Positions 28,281 through 38,041 of a stretch of DNA of 64,000 bases are shown in pieces. The translations under genes and the position numbers were made by a program. This DNA is from an uncultured bacterium. GTDB taxonomy: Bacteria > Chloroflexota > UBA5177 > JANWHV01. Under the pieces are notes generated by a model. The model was not told the DNA's origin and searched no databases. It worked only from the letters and a program-made list of their open reading frames with translations. The first letter of the stretch is position 1. Each line of letters starts with the position of its first letter. The stretch lies in NCBI GenBank assembly GCA_963729625.1, contig CAVSOU010000008.1, positions 160,001-224,000 of the forward strand. The letters are read 5' to 3'.

Positions 28281-29473
28281 TGCGCTCCTTGCGGGATGAC
28301 CTCGCTGGCGCCGCTCGAGTGAACACGGGGGCGCCTGGCGGCATGGCGTGCGACCGCGCTGGTCACGCCTGCGCCGACAGCCTGGACGTCGCGTCGATCG
28401 CCAGTCAGGCAATCGGGGCGGATTCCCGCCGGCGGAACGCGCAACGGGCATTCAACAATGCCGACCGCGGGTACGAGCATCGCAGCACTGCCTCGCCGAT
28501 TAGCCGCGCCGGCGCTGCCGCGAGCCATCATCACACGCATCACGCGGCCGGCGCCGGCTTCCGCGCTGCCTTCTTTCTCACGGCCATCGTATTGCTTGTA
28601 GAGCTGACCTGCGGCCTGCTCTCGCATTCGCTGGCGCTGCTGTCCGATGCCGGCCATGTACTCACCGATATCGTGGCCCTCGCGCTGGCCTGGTTTGCCA
28701 CGGCGCAAGCCGGCAGGCCTGCGGACGCGCGCAGGACATACGGCTACCACCGCACGGGCATCCTGGCAGCGCTGGCCAATGCCGTCACGCTCATCGCGAT
28801 TGTCGCAGCCATCGGCTATGAAGCAATCAAGCGCTTCCAGCATCCGGAGCCCGTGGCTGCCGGGGTGATGCTGCCGGCAGCGGCCGTTGGCATCGTGGTG
28901 AACCTGTACATCGCCTCCAGGCTACAGGGTGAGAGCCGGGACAATGTGAACGTCCGCGCGGCGCTGCTTCACGTGCTTGGGGATGCAGGCGCCTCCGCCG
29001 GCGTGATCGTTGCCGCGTTGGTCATTGCCTTCACCGGCTGGAGTTATGCCGACCCGGCGATCTCGCTGCTGATCGCGGTGCTCATCGCCCAGAGCGCCTG
29101 GGGCGTGTTGCGCGAGACGCTCGCTATTCTGATGGAGGCTGCGCCGGCCGGGCTGGATACCCGGCAGTTGGCACGCGATATGGCCGGGGTCGCGGGCGTG
29201 GCCGAGGTCCACGATCTGCACGTCTGGTCGATTGCCGGCGGCATGCAGGCACTTTCGGCGCACATGCTGGTGCGCGACAACTGCCTTCTTTCCAATTGCG
29301 ACGACCTTCTGGATCAGGTGAATGGGCTGTTGGCGGATCGCTACCGCATCACGCACTCCACGATACAGTTCGAATTCGATTGCTGCGGCCGTCACGAGGG
29401 CAAGCGCGTGTTCTGCACCCAGGGCGCGCCCACCAGCGACGCCTGCGCGTGCGGGCACCGACGCCAGGACTGA
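28280..29473 (+). CDS. Cation diffusion facilitator (CzcD-like) transporter
   Basis: SLALLSDAGHVLTD, TYGYHR, HVLGD, VHDLHVW, HSTIQ; TGATG coupling to ArsR. Confidence 0.93.
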   Translation: MRSLRDDLAGAARVNTGAPGGMACDRAGHACADSLDVASIASQAIGADSRRRNAQRAFNNADRGYEHRSTASPISRAGAAASHHHTHHAAGAGFRAAFFLTAIVLLVELTCGLLSHSLALLSDAGHVLTDIVALALAWFATAQAGRPADARRTYGYHRTGILAALANAVTLIAIVAAIGYEAIKRFQHPEPVAAGVMLPAAAVGIVVNLYIASRLQGESRDNVNVRAALLHVLGDAGASAGVIVAALVIAFTGWSYADPAISLLIAVLIAQSAWGVLRETLAILMEAAPAGLDTRQLARDMAGVAGVAEVHDLHVWSIAGGMQALSAHMLVRDNCLLSNCDDLLDQVNGLLADRYRITHSTIQFEFDCCGRHEGKRVFCTQGAPTSDACACGHRRQD

Positions 29474-29490
29474 CCGGTCGCAGGAATTGC

Positions 29491-30462
29491 TCAAATCCCC
29501 GGAAACGATGCGGACAGCGTGTCCTGGATGCGCGTCTCGATGGCGTGAATGGCCTCGGGATTGTTGCCGTGGTGCTTTCGCGCGGAGACCAGCGCACGCA
29601 GCTCGTATTCCAGCGCGTAAACGCGCAGCCTCGGCTGCAGGTTCTGGATGGACAGCAGATCGGGATAGCCGACCTGGAGTGCGGGGAGCACCCGGACAAG
29701 ATCGAGCGGCCGCACGTCATGCTCGGCGGCGGAGCTGGCAAAAATGCCGGGATAGTGCAGAAAGCGGATAAGCTGGTCGAGATCCCAGTCCGGAGCCGCG
29801 GCCCACGATCGCTCGAAATCCAGCAATCCGCTGATTTTTCCGCGCTCGACGTGGATATTGCCGAAATGCAGGTCGCCGTGGGTCAGGGTGGGAAACCCGC
29901 CGGCCAGGAAGGCCCCGTCGCGCCCGAGCGCCCGCTCGACGGCGTCGATCAGCGCCGGCGAGGTGTTAGCGGCCGCGCGCGCGCTTTCGAGCGCGTGAGC
30001 CGCGCGTCGCCCGTGTACCCCCGACCATGTGTCACCGGCGCGAGGATTGGTCGGGTCGCCGAAGCCGCTCAGGCGGATGGTGTGCAGCCGCCTCATGATC
30101 GCTGCTAGCTGCGTGAGGTAGCCGGCCTGTTCGTCCGCGTCTGCCTGCTTCCACCGCGAGAGCAGATTCTCACCCGGCACGAAGGTCTGGATCATGTACT
30201 CATGGGGGATGAGGCGGCTGCTCCCCTCGTAGACCACCGTACGAGGCACGGGGATCTGGTCGCGCACCATCTCCAGCACCCGCATCTCGCGCGCCAGCTT
30301 GCCACGTTCATCCGGGCGCAGGTTGACGCGCAGCACGTACAGCTCATCCACCAGGTAGCTGGCATTGATCTGCCCACCGGGCAGGGCCACCACGCTGTGC
30401 CGACCGAGACCATGTTGGTTCAGGATGCGCGCAATTGTATGCATGGGCAGTGTGATGGGCAT
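29491..30462 (-). CDS. Aminoglycoside phosphotransferase/kinase-like family protein
   Basis: GGQIN, HGDLHFGN, LLDFE. Confidence 0.88.
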   Translation of the reverse strand: MPITLPMHTIARILNQHGLGRHSVVALPGGQINASYLVDELYVLRVNLRPDERGKLAREMRVLEMVRDQIPVPRTVVYEGSSRLIPHEYMIQTFVPGENLLSRWKQADADEQAGYLTQLAAIMRRLHTIRLSGFGDPTNPRAGDTWSGVHGRRAAHALESARAAANTSPALIDAVERALGRDGAFLAGGFPTLTHGDLHFGNIHVERGKISGLLDFERSWAAAPDWDLDQLIRFLHYPGIFASSAAEHDVRPLDLVRVLPALQVGYPDLLSIQNLQPRLRVYALEYELRALVSARKHHGNNPEAIHAIETRIQDTLSASFPGI

Positions 30463-30520
30463 GAGCAGACCTTTCGCCGTGCGCCTATTGGGTATAGCGC
30501 ACCGGTCGCCGAGAGGCAAG

Positions 30521-31384
30521 CTAGAGGTGCGCGATTGTCGGCGCGACCGAGTACATGCGGTAGCTAATGGGGATGCCGATGACAGTCAACGAGAGCGACC
30601 AAGCCAGCATCATCCAGACCAGGCTCATCCACCAGCCGAAGAAGAGCACGTACAGCAGGCGGGCTGAACTCTCGGCGCTCTGAAGCCCCGCGCGCGCGAC
30701 CGGGACGATCGACCTGGGTGGATCGGCGGCGGTTCGCAGTGTGAGCACATTCGGGATCATGGTGATCATGCGGTTGGCCTGGGTCTGGAAGACAAAGAGG
30801 CAGAGCATGACCCATGTAGCCAGGACCCAGAAGCAGCTCAGCCAGGATCCGGCCAGGAGAAACCATATCGCCCTGGCGGGGAGGGCGACGTCCTGCCGGG
30901 GCATCCCGGGGCGGACCGGGTACGGACGCGGAGGCGGCGCCGGCACGATACGACCGCGCCAGGCCTCCTCAACTGGAGCGCGCTCCAGCTCGGCGCGCCT
31001 GGCCATTCGCTCGGCAAAGCGCTCCGACCGACGGGAGACTCGCTCCGCCCAGCGTGTCGATCTGCGCGCGATCTGGTCGCCGATCTCGGTTGAGTGCCTG
31101 GTCACGCGATCGGAGAGCTCGCTTGCATGCTGGGTGATCGCCTCCGAGACAAGACTGGCAATTTCCGGGCCGATCCGCGCGATAGGGTCGGGATGCCTGC
31201 CATACCGGTCCCTCCCGTCGCGATCGGATTGCGGCACGGGAGCGCCCGCCACGATGTTGGCATCGGGATCGCTCAACATGCCCGGCACAAGTAGCGCGGC
31301 GCCACAGGCGACGCAGGCGACATCGGAGGGGGAATTGGCCTGACCGCAGCGCGGGCACGCGACCGCCGACTCTTCAGGCTCCAT
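30521..31384 (-). CDS. Zinc-ribbon + YccF-like membrane protein
   Basis: CPRCG..N...CVACG; two WFLL.GSW / LFFGWW ... TVIGIP hydrophobic repeats; GAGGA RBS. Confidence 0.75.
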   Translation of the reverse strand: MEPEESAVACPRCGQANSPSDVACVACGAALLVPGMLSDPDANIVAGAPVPQSDRDGRDRYGRHPDPIARIGPEIASLVSEAITQHASELSDRVTRHSTEIGDQIARRSTRWAERVSRRSERFAERMARRAELERAPVEEAWRGRIVPAPPPRPYPVRPGMPRQDVALPARAIWFLLAGSWLSCFWVLATWVMLCLFVFQTQANRMITMIPNVLTLRTAADPPRSIVPVARAGLQSAESSARLLYVLFFGWWMSLVWMMLAWSLSLTVIGIPISYRMYSVAPTIAHL

Positions 31385-31444
31385 CCTCGTTCCTCCGCCG
31401 CCGGCGCCGTACCGGGCGTGCTTGCCTCACGTCTACAGTTCAGC

Positions 31445-34400
31445 CTAGCGAGTACGCGGCATCCATACAACCGATCGCTGCGGAATCATGCCGGAAGTAC
31501 GGTTGACGCGCTGTGCAGCCTGGGGCTGGACGTTGGCCGGATGCTGGGCGGGCGACGGGGGGGTGCTGGGCTGGTCACCGTAGGCTGGTTCGCCAGCGAC
31601 AGCGGTGGCGGTGGGGCTGGCAGCAACCTGGAGTTCCTGGCCGGAAGCGGCGGCGGTGGCCGTGGCATCTATGGCAGCCTGAGTGGCGGTGGCATCTATG
31701 GCAGCCTGGGTGGCCGTGGCAGCGGCGGCGGTGGCATCCGCGGCAACCTGGGTGGCCGTGGCATCTACGGCAGCCTGGGTGGCCGTGGCAGCGGCGGCGG
31801 TGGCATCCGCGGCAACCTGGGTGGCCGTGGCATCTATGGCAGCCTGGGTGGCCGTGGCATTCGCCGCAACCTGGGTCGCGGTGGCAGCCACGTTGGTGGC
31901 ATCCACGGCAACCTGGGTCGCGGTGGCAGCCACGTTGGTGGCATCCACGGCAACCTGGGTCGCGGTGGCAGCCACGTTGGTGGCATCCACGGCAGCCTGG
32001 GTCGCGGTAGCATTTGCCGCAACTTTAGTGGCGGTGGCATTTGCCGCGGCTTTGGTGGCGGTAGCGTTCGCGGCAACTTTAGTGGCAGTGGCATTCACGG
32101 CAACCTGGGTAGCGGTGGCATTCGCGGCAACCTGGGTAGCGGTGCCATTCGCGGCAACCTGGGTAGCGGTGGCATTCGCGGCAACCTGAGTGGCGGTGGC
32201 ATTCGCGGCAACCTGGGTGGCGGTGGCATTCGCGGCAACCTGGGTGGCGGTGGCATTCGCAGCGTCGGCGGTGGCGGTGGCATTCGCAGCGTCGGCGGTG
32301 GCGCTGGCATTCGCGGCAACCTGGGTGGCGGTGGCATTCGCCGCGGCGGCCGAGGCGGTAGCGGCCGAGGCGACCTGGGTATTCTTTGCGTTCACAGTAG
32401 CCAGAATGTTCACGGTCGGATAGAAGGTCGCCAGCGGCGGCAAAGTCGACGTAGCAGTGGCGGTCGGGGCACCAGGAACATGCGTGGCGGTGGGCGTGGC
32501 AGTGGGATAGCTGCGGATCACTATCTTGATTGGTACGGTCGTGGGCTTGGGCGGGATTGGCGTCGGCGTGGCCACCACTCGCGTGACGATCGTGCCGGTC
32601 ATGGCGCCCGGAAGGTGCAGCCGCGCGACTTTCAGCGTGATGGTCCGCAGGGCCGACTGGCCGTCGGGCGCGGTGGCCTGCAGGGAGATGTGGTGCGTGC
32701 CAAGCGAGAGGTTGCTCGTGGCCACCACGGCCCCGTAGCCGAGGAAGCCGTCGCGATCGGAGGTCCATGCCAGCTGCTTGCCGCTCAGCATGCCGGCACG
32801 CGGATCGATCGCGAGGCCGGCCAGCGTCACCAGGGTCACGGGCGGCACCGTAGTGCCGTCGCCGGGACTGACCACGCCGATGCTGGGTGCACGCATCGCG
32901 GAATGATAGGGTCCGGCGGTCCTGACCACGCTATCGAAGCCGTTGGAAGTGGCCACCCGCAGCAGGAAGCTGCCGCCACACGGCGTCGAGGGATCGAGTG
33001 CAAGAGATGTTGCCTTGAGATCTACCGCGAGCGATTGGTAGGTGGCGCCGCCGTTGCAGCTCAGCGCTATGTCATAGGGGTCCGAATCGCCTGACTTTCC
33101 AGGCACCGTCCAGGCAAGCGTGAGTGGCTTGCCCGCGGGGACGGAGAATCCCGCCTCGCCCGGCACGATGCTCATCGCGGGTGGCACTGCCGGTCTGCCC
33201 ACAACCGCGAGCACGGTGTTGTGTCCTTTACTTGTCTTGACCAGCAGCATCTGCTTCGCGCCCGGCTTGAGCGGAAGCTCAAAACTGAACGAGAGCCAGC
33301 CGGGATTGGACCGATTCGAGATCTCCCGCAGCACGACGGTCTGCACAGCCAGAATCGAGCCGGTGCCGGAGACAAGCACTCCGAGCAGCTCGGGCACGGA
33401 CGGCGCATTGAGCGCGATCGGCCTGGGCGACGTGAACATGGGGAATAGCGTCAGCGGCCCGGCATTGGAGATCGTCGGCACGGTCTTCGCTGTGGCCGAC
33501 ACACCGGGAGCGAAGACGCCCGAGATCTCCATGTAAGGCGAGGCCGGAGCGCCAAGGCTGCTGCCAGGACGACTGGAAGCGGACCGCAGCGCCGCCGGCA
33601 TGGTCTGGAGAGCGGCCGTATTGGACGCAGCATGTGATGCACCAGCAAGACCGGCGATCTGAGCCGACGTCAGCATGCCCTGCGAGCGCTTGCAGAAATC
33701 CGCGGCAGTGTCACCGGTTGGGGCGCCAAGTCCCGACAGGGTGAAAAAGGCGCGACAGTAGTTGATCGTGGAGATCCAGACGCCCAGGTCCGAGCAGCCT
33801 CCACTGCTGTCACCAGCAAACATCACATCGTGGTATTGCATCAGGCCGGCCTGCTTGCATCGCGCCGCGGGCTCCAGCCCGGCGTAGGGCGTATGAGCCA
33901 CAGGGTCTTTGACGACGGCTTGGCCCAGCGCGTCACGAGCGGCATTCCAGCTCGTGGCGCTGCCACGGGTGGGCGATGTGTCAAACGCCAGCGGGCGCGT
34001 ATCCGTCGCATTGGCGCTCTTGATCGTGGTATCCGGCGCTCCCGCGCATGTCAGCGCAAGGCCGCCCTCGCAGAATGGCCACGATTCGCCCCGCTCGCCG
34101 GCGACATTGCCCGCATTCTGCAGGCCGAGGTCGTGCAGAATCTCATAGGAAGTGGTTCTGGCGTCCTGCGGCGTGGCGGCAAAGGCGTGCCCGCCGATTG
34201 GCGCGGCGCCTTCGGTCGTGCCGGAGAACCTGCTGGGAAGCTGCACGTCGTAGAGCACGTAGGGTGATACGGGCGGCGCGTAAGCCAGACCGGGATCGAG
34301 TGCCGCGTCCCGCAGCCAATATGCCTGCGCCGTATCCAACAAGCTTCCGTACACGTCGGCGGTATTGCAGCCGCCCACGCAGGTCGAGATGGTGGGATTG

Positions 34401-35581
34401 GCCGGTGTCTTCACGGCAATGGATCCGTCCGCGACGGGCATGATGCTGTTCAGCCAACCGTTGGTAAACGCGGGATCGGCTGCGCCCAGGTATCTGCCGC
34501 CCGCGGCGGACGTCCTGGTCGTGCCGATTCTTCCCGCGAAGAGGTAGGGCCGGATCTGCAGCGACGAGGTGGCAAAGAAGGTGACACCCTTTACGGTGAA
34601 GTCATTGTCGGCGGGGGCTCCGGCCGGCTCAGGAATGGCTTCCCCGGGGTTGACAACACCGCGCAGGACAACGGTGCCGGCGTGAGTCCAACTTGGCGGC
34701 AGGACGAAGTTCCAGCTCTTGGCGGGGTTGAGCCTCTGCTGGATCAGTGTGTCTTTCGGATCGAGGTTGACACGCGCTCCCGCCGTTCCCAACGGCCCGG
34801 CGACGTCGACGAGGGGTGACCCCGGCAGATCCACGCCATGCGCGTCCTTTCCATACAGCAGCGCATCTACGCCTTTTACTACCCCGGAGCCCGGTGGAAC
34901 CGTGCCGTAGAGGCGCACGACGGTGCTCTTGCCGGCGACCAGCGGCTCGCCCGCGTAGGCCTCGGACTTGCCCGGCGTGAATGGATATGGAGAGGCAAGC
35001 GCTATGTTGAAGGCCTGCGTCACCTCGAGTCCTCTGGCGGCGATGTCGACAGGCTTCGCCGCGACGTCGACCGTGACCGGGATCACATCCTTAGCAAGGA
35101 TGCCGGATGGTCCCACCAGATCTAACTCGACGACATTGTTGCCGCCATCCTGCAATAGGGCCGTCGTGGTCAGGGTCAGGGTTGGCGCGCTGCCAGCTAT
35201 CGTACCGACACCCTTGGGACTGATGCCGGCCGACGCGTGCTTGCTACCGTCCGGCCAGGTATCAATCTCGTTAACGTGATAGCCGGAGCCGAAGCTGGGC
35301 GCGTGAACGCGCGCCACGATGTCGGCCGCGGCGTTGGTGAGCAGCGCCCCGTCTGCCGGTCGGAGTATGGTGATCGAGGGAGTGAAGCGCGCTGCCGAGG
35401 AGGCCGGCGCCTCGGCACGAGCAGTAGCAACGCCCTGTCCGCTCGCCGCTCCTGGGGCAAGCCACGATGTAGCCGACTGCAGAGTCTGGCGCACGGGGTT
35501 GAACGTGGAACCGAGAACGACCACGACCAACAGCCATCGACATGCTGCCCAGCGAGTGAGGCGGCCTGAGTACCGATTCAT
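31445..35581 (-). CDS. Large secreted protein: degenerate metzincin (M66-like) domain, Ig-like domains, C-terminal Ala/Thr repeat stalk
   Basis: GAGGAGG RBS; signal peptide; GLEVTQA, LVAGKSTVVRLY, YEILHDLGLQNAG, HDVM, WIS..NY, WTSDRDGFLG, LSLGTHHISL. Confidence 0.8.
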   Translation of the reverse strand: MNRYSGRLTRWAACRWLLVVVVLGSTFNPVRQTLQSATSWLAPGAASGQGVATARAEAPASSAARFTPSITILRPADGALLTNAAADIVARVHAPSFGSGYHVNEIDTWPDGSKHASAGISPKGVGTIAGSAPTLTLTTTALLQDGGNNVVELDLVGPSGILAKDVIPVTVDVAAKPVDIAARGLEVTQAFNIALASPYPFTPGKSEAYAGEPLVAGKSTVVRLYGTVPPGSGVVKGVDALLYGKDAHGVDLPGSPLVDVAGPLGTAGARVNLDPKDTLIQQRLNPAKSWNFVLPPSWTHAGTVVLRGVVNPGEAIPEPAGAPADNDFTVKGVTFFATSSLQIRPYLFAGRIGTTRTSAAGGRYLGAADPAFTNGWLNSIMPVADGSIAVKTPANPTISTCVGGCNTADVYGSLLDTAQAYWLRDAALDPGLAYAPPVSPYVLYDVQLPSRFSGTTEGAAPIGGHAFAATPQDARTTSYEILHDLGLQNAGNVAGERGESWPFCEGGLALTCAGAPDTTIKSANATDTRPLAFDTSPTRGSATSWNAARDALGQAVVKDPVAHTPYAGLEPAARCKQAGLMQYHDVMFAGDSSGGCSDLGVWISTINYCRAFFTLSGLGAPTGDTAADFCKRSQGMLTSAQIAGLAGASHAASNTAALQTMPAALRSASSRPGSSLGAPASPYMEISGVFAPGVSATAKTVPTISNAGPLTLFPMFTSPRPIALNAPSVPELLGVLVSGTGSILAVQTVVLREISNRSNPGWLSFSFELPLKPGAKQMLLVKTSKGHNTVLAVVGRPAVPPAMSIVPGEAGFSVPAGKPLTLAWTVPGKSGDSDPYDIALSCNGGATYQSLAVDLKATSLALDPSTPCGGSFLLRVATSNGFDSVVRTAGPYHSAMRAPSIGVVSPGDGTTVPPVTLVTLAGLAIDPRAGMLSGKQLAWTSDRDGFLGYGAVVATSNLSLGTHHISLQATAPDGQSALRTITLKVARLHLPGAMTGTIVTRVVATPTPIPPKPTTVPIKIVIRSYPTATPTATHVPGAPTATATSTLPPLATFYPTVNILATVNAKNTQVASAATASAAAANATATQVAANASATADAANATATADAANATATQVAANATATQVAANATATQVAANATATQVAANGTATQVAANATATQVAVNATATKVAANATATKAAANATATKVAANATATQAAVDATNVAATATQVAVDATNVAATATQVAVDATNVAATATQVAANATATQAAIDATATQVAADATAAAATATQAAVDATATQVAADATAAAATATQAAIDATATQAAIDATATAAASGQELQVAASPTATAVAGEPAYGDQPSTPPSPAQHPANVQPQAAQRVNRTSGMIPQRSVVWMPRTR
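31646..32380 (-). repeat. Coding tandem repeats: 27-nt ANATATQVA units plus 42-nt and 69-nt composite units
   Basis: Repeated GGCAACCTGGGTGGCGGTGGCATTCGC-like units on the + strand. Confidence 0.92.
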
Positions 35582-35695
35582 CACGCGTGCTCCTCCTCGA
35601 GCGGGGCTAATTCTCCGCACGACCATTCAGCACGGAAGGGGAAATCCTCTGTGGCTTGCCCCATTGTACGTCGCGCGAGTCTTGCCGTAGATAGG

Positions 35696-36680
35696 TCAAT
35701 TGGGCTGGGATGTTTGTTGCGCGTCGATCGCTGCCCATCCGCTTGCGTCGACACTCCAGAGCGGATAGACCGCGATGCCGGGCATCTGGCGATTGGAGAG
35801 GCGATCGCGCACGGCCGCGACGCCTGCCAGCCCAGATCGCAGATTCTCCACGCGATCGTCGAAGAAGCTGTCTCGTCCGGCAAATGCAGGCAGACCCGGT
35901 CGCACGGCGACGCCCCTTGCCGCCTGCGCCAACGCCCGGATCTGATCCGCCACGAACTCGGCGTAATCGCCCGGACGTTTCAAGCCGGTGTCGTACAGCA
36001 TTGCATCCACCTCGCCGGTCAGGACCGCCACCTGGGCATAGTATGACGCAGACCAGGGCGGCAGCGGCAGGTGCAAGTGGAAAAGCTGCTTGGCAGCCGG
36101 TGATGGCTGGATGGCCGGCCCAGCCACTGCCAGCAGGCAGCCCGGCATCGAAGCGCGGGATTGCCGGAGCAGCGCAAGAAAGGCGGGATCGCCGCTGGCC
36201 ACAGGCTCGAGGTCGTACTGCACTCCGTCGAAGCCGGCGCGGCAGAAACGGGTGGCTGCCTGCGCCAGGCCGGTGCGTACGGCGCTGCTTCGAAGGTCTA
36301 CCATGCCGTCCCAGCTCGGAAGCAACTGGCCAATCCAGGCGATCACGGTCACTGCGGGGCACGTGGCGTGCATCGACGCCACAAAGCGCGCCGCATAGGG
36401 AGATCGCGCCGCCGAGATATGGCCGGAGGCGTCCGCCGGACCCACATGTGCATACACGCTCACGATGCGGTGCGACGTGAGCTGCAGACACAGGCTGCCG
36501 ATCGCATTCTGTGTAGGGACGGTGCTCACCCAGTGATGATCGATCCAGGCAGCATTGCCGGGGATACCGCCGGGCGACGGCGCGCCGCGGCTTTCGGAGT
36601 GCCTCAGCACGATCAGGGCGCTTCCGAGGACGAAAGTCGCCAGAATGTATGCAACGATCAGCTGGCGCAAGCAGGCGCAT
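35696..36680 (-). CDS. Membrane-anchored GH18-like TIM-barrel glycoside hydrolase; probable 1-nt frameshift near the start
   Basis: GFDGVQYDLEP (GH18-like DxxxxDxE), AMLYD; GGAGG-ATG at 36680 joins the main frame if one T near 36670 is removed (MRLLRQLIVAY...). Confidence 0.7.
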
Positions 36681-36812
36681 ACCGGCTGCCCTCCCGCACT
36701 ACTGATCTTAAGAACGTGCGAGGAGCCTCGCGCGTTACGCGCCCGCCTCACGTTGTTCCGAGGGTTACTGCAGGAGAGGCCGGTGAAACTCTTTTCCGCT
36801 GCAGTCGCACGC

Positions 36813-37124
36813 ACCAACCGTTACTGGCACCTGCTGGACGGCTGGGGCAGCGTGGTCGGCCTGGTGGACGGCTCTGGCACCGAGGTGGACCAGTATGCCT
36901 ACGACCTGTGGGGCGCACCCACCCAGGTGAGCGAGAGCGTGCGGCAGCAGCTCCGCTATCGGGGCTACTGGTACGACAACGAGACAGGGTGGTACTGGCT
37001 GCGGATCCGGGCCTACGATCCCGTGCTCAAGCGGTTCATCGAACCCGACGCGAGCGGCCGGGACGGGCAGTTCAGCTACGCCTCCGCGGGGAACGACCCG
37101 ATCGACGGGAGCGACCCGACGTGG
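36813..37124 (+). pseudogene. Orphan RHS repeat-associated core fragment
   Basis: DGWGSV...YAYDLWG...LRYRGYWYDNETGWYWLRIRAYDP..KRFIEPD...Y...NDP....DPTW; no start/RBS, no toxin tip. Confidence 0.8.
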
Positions 37125-37155
37125 CTGGTCAACTACTCCATTGACTGCTCACTCT

Positions 37156-37431
37156 TTACGGCCACCGCTGCGATGTGTGTACCACACGATCAACCTCGAT
37201 TGTTTGGCCACGGATCTCGTACACGATCTTGTAGTGGTAGCGGGTTAGGATGCGTTCCCGTGTGCCGGGACCCACTCCCGTGCGACCGAGGAGCGGAAAC
37301 TGGGCCAGCCCAAGTATGGCGTCGTGAATGACCCGCACCATACGCCCGGCCGTATCGGGGTTGCGCTCGGCGTAGTGGTTGTAGACGGCATGGATGTCGT
37401 CACGTGCTGCCGGCGAGACGATGACCTCCAC
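37156..37431 (-). CDS. Type II TA toxin, RelE/ParE family
   Basis: SPAARDDI...Y, LAQFPLLGR, GTRE, YKIVY, VVHTSQRWP. Confidence 0.9.
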   Translation of the reverse strand: MEVIVSPAARDDIHAVYNHYAERNPDTAGRMVRVIHDAILGLAQFPLLGRTGVGPGTRERILTRYHYKIVYEIRGQTIEVDRVVHTSQRWP

Positions 37432-37437
37432 GAGCGA

Positions 37438-37725
37438 CTAGGCAAGCACCTGATCAGCACCGGCATTCTCATCGCTGTCGCCGTCGGGCAGCATGCCCTT
37501 TGTTCGCAGCTCGGCCGCGAAATCAGCGAACGGAATACCCTCTCCAGCGCGGAACTGACGTTGGCCCTCCTGGATGAGTGCGATCTCATGCAAGCGCTGC
37601 TCGCCGACGAGGCGCAATGCCTCAACCATTAACTCATTGCGGGAGCGCCCGGTTGCCGCCACCAGGGTCTCATAAACATCCCGGAGATCGTTAGGTAATC
37701 GCAGACTTGTCGTCGTTGCGCCCAT
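37438..37725 (-). CDS. Type II TA antitoxin, ribbon-helix-helix (CopG-like)
   Basis: TTSLRLP...LVAATGRSRNELMVEAL; directly upstream of the toxin; AAGGAG RBS. Confidence 0.88.
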   Translation of the reverse strand: MGATTTSLRLPNDLRDVYETLVAATGRSRNELMVEALRLVGEQRLHEIALIQEGQRQFRAGEGIPFADFAAELRTKGMLPDGDSDENAGADQVLA

Positions 37726-37743
37726 CGAATGCTACTCCTTGGA

Positions 37744-37770
37744 CCTTGTACTAGCTTCTCTAGTACAAGG
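37744..37770. promoter_or_regulatory. Palindromic operator of the TA operon
   Basis: CCTTGTACTAG-CTTCT-CTAGTACAAGG; minus-strand TTGACA at 37791-37796. Confidence 0.75.
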
Positions 37771-38041
37771 GTGTCAGAACTTGGGAGTCCTGTCAATGCT
37801 CGAGTGAAGGAGCATCACGCGCCGCGCGTGCAGGTGGTGCACCGCCGCAGCAGCTGAAACCATCGCGGTAACAGGACCAAGACTGTCATTTAGCCATTCA
37901 ATGTGTGAGGCAGAGTTCACTTCTGTTGTCCAATGATCCCGTGAACAGCAGCATGCCCAGCCTGAGCGAGCGGTGCCAGTAGGCCATGCCCGCTGCCGGC
38001 AACGCCCCGCTCCGCAACGGCCTGCCGAGCAGAGCCGATGA

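Noticed and set aside
31418-33094. Gly-rich GGGIRGNLG repeat protein on the + strand
   Set aside because: Antisense reading of the Ala/Thr repeat; the minus ORF has an RBS, signal peptide and domains
36555-37331. 258-aa complete Rhs protein
   Set aside because: Both ends overlap real minus-strand genes; only 36813-37124 is Rhs-like
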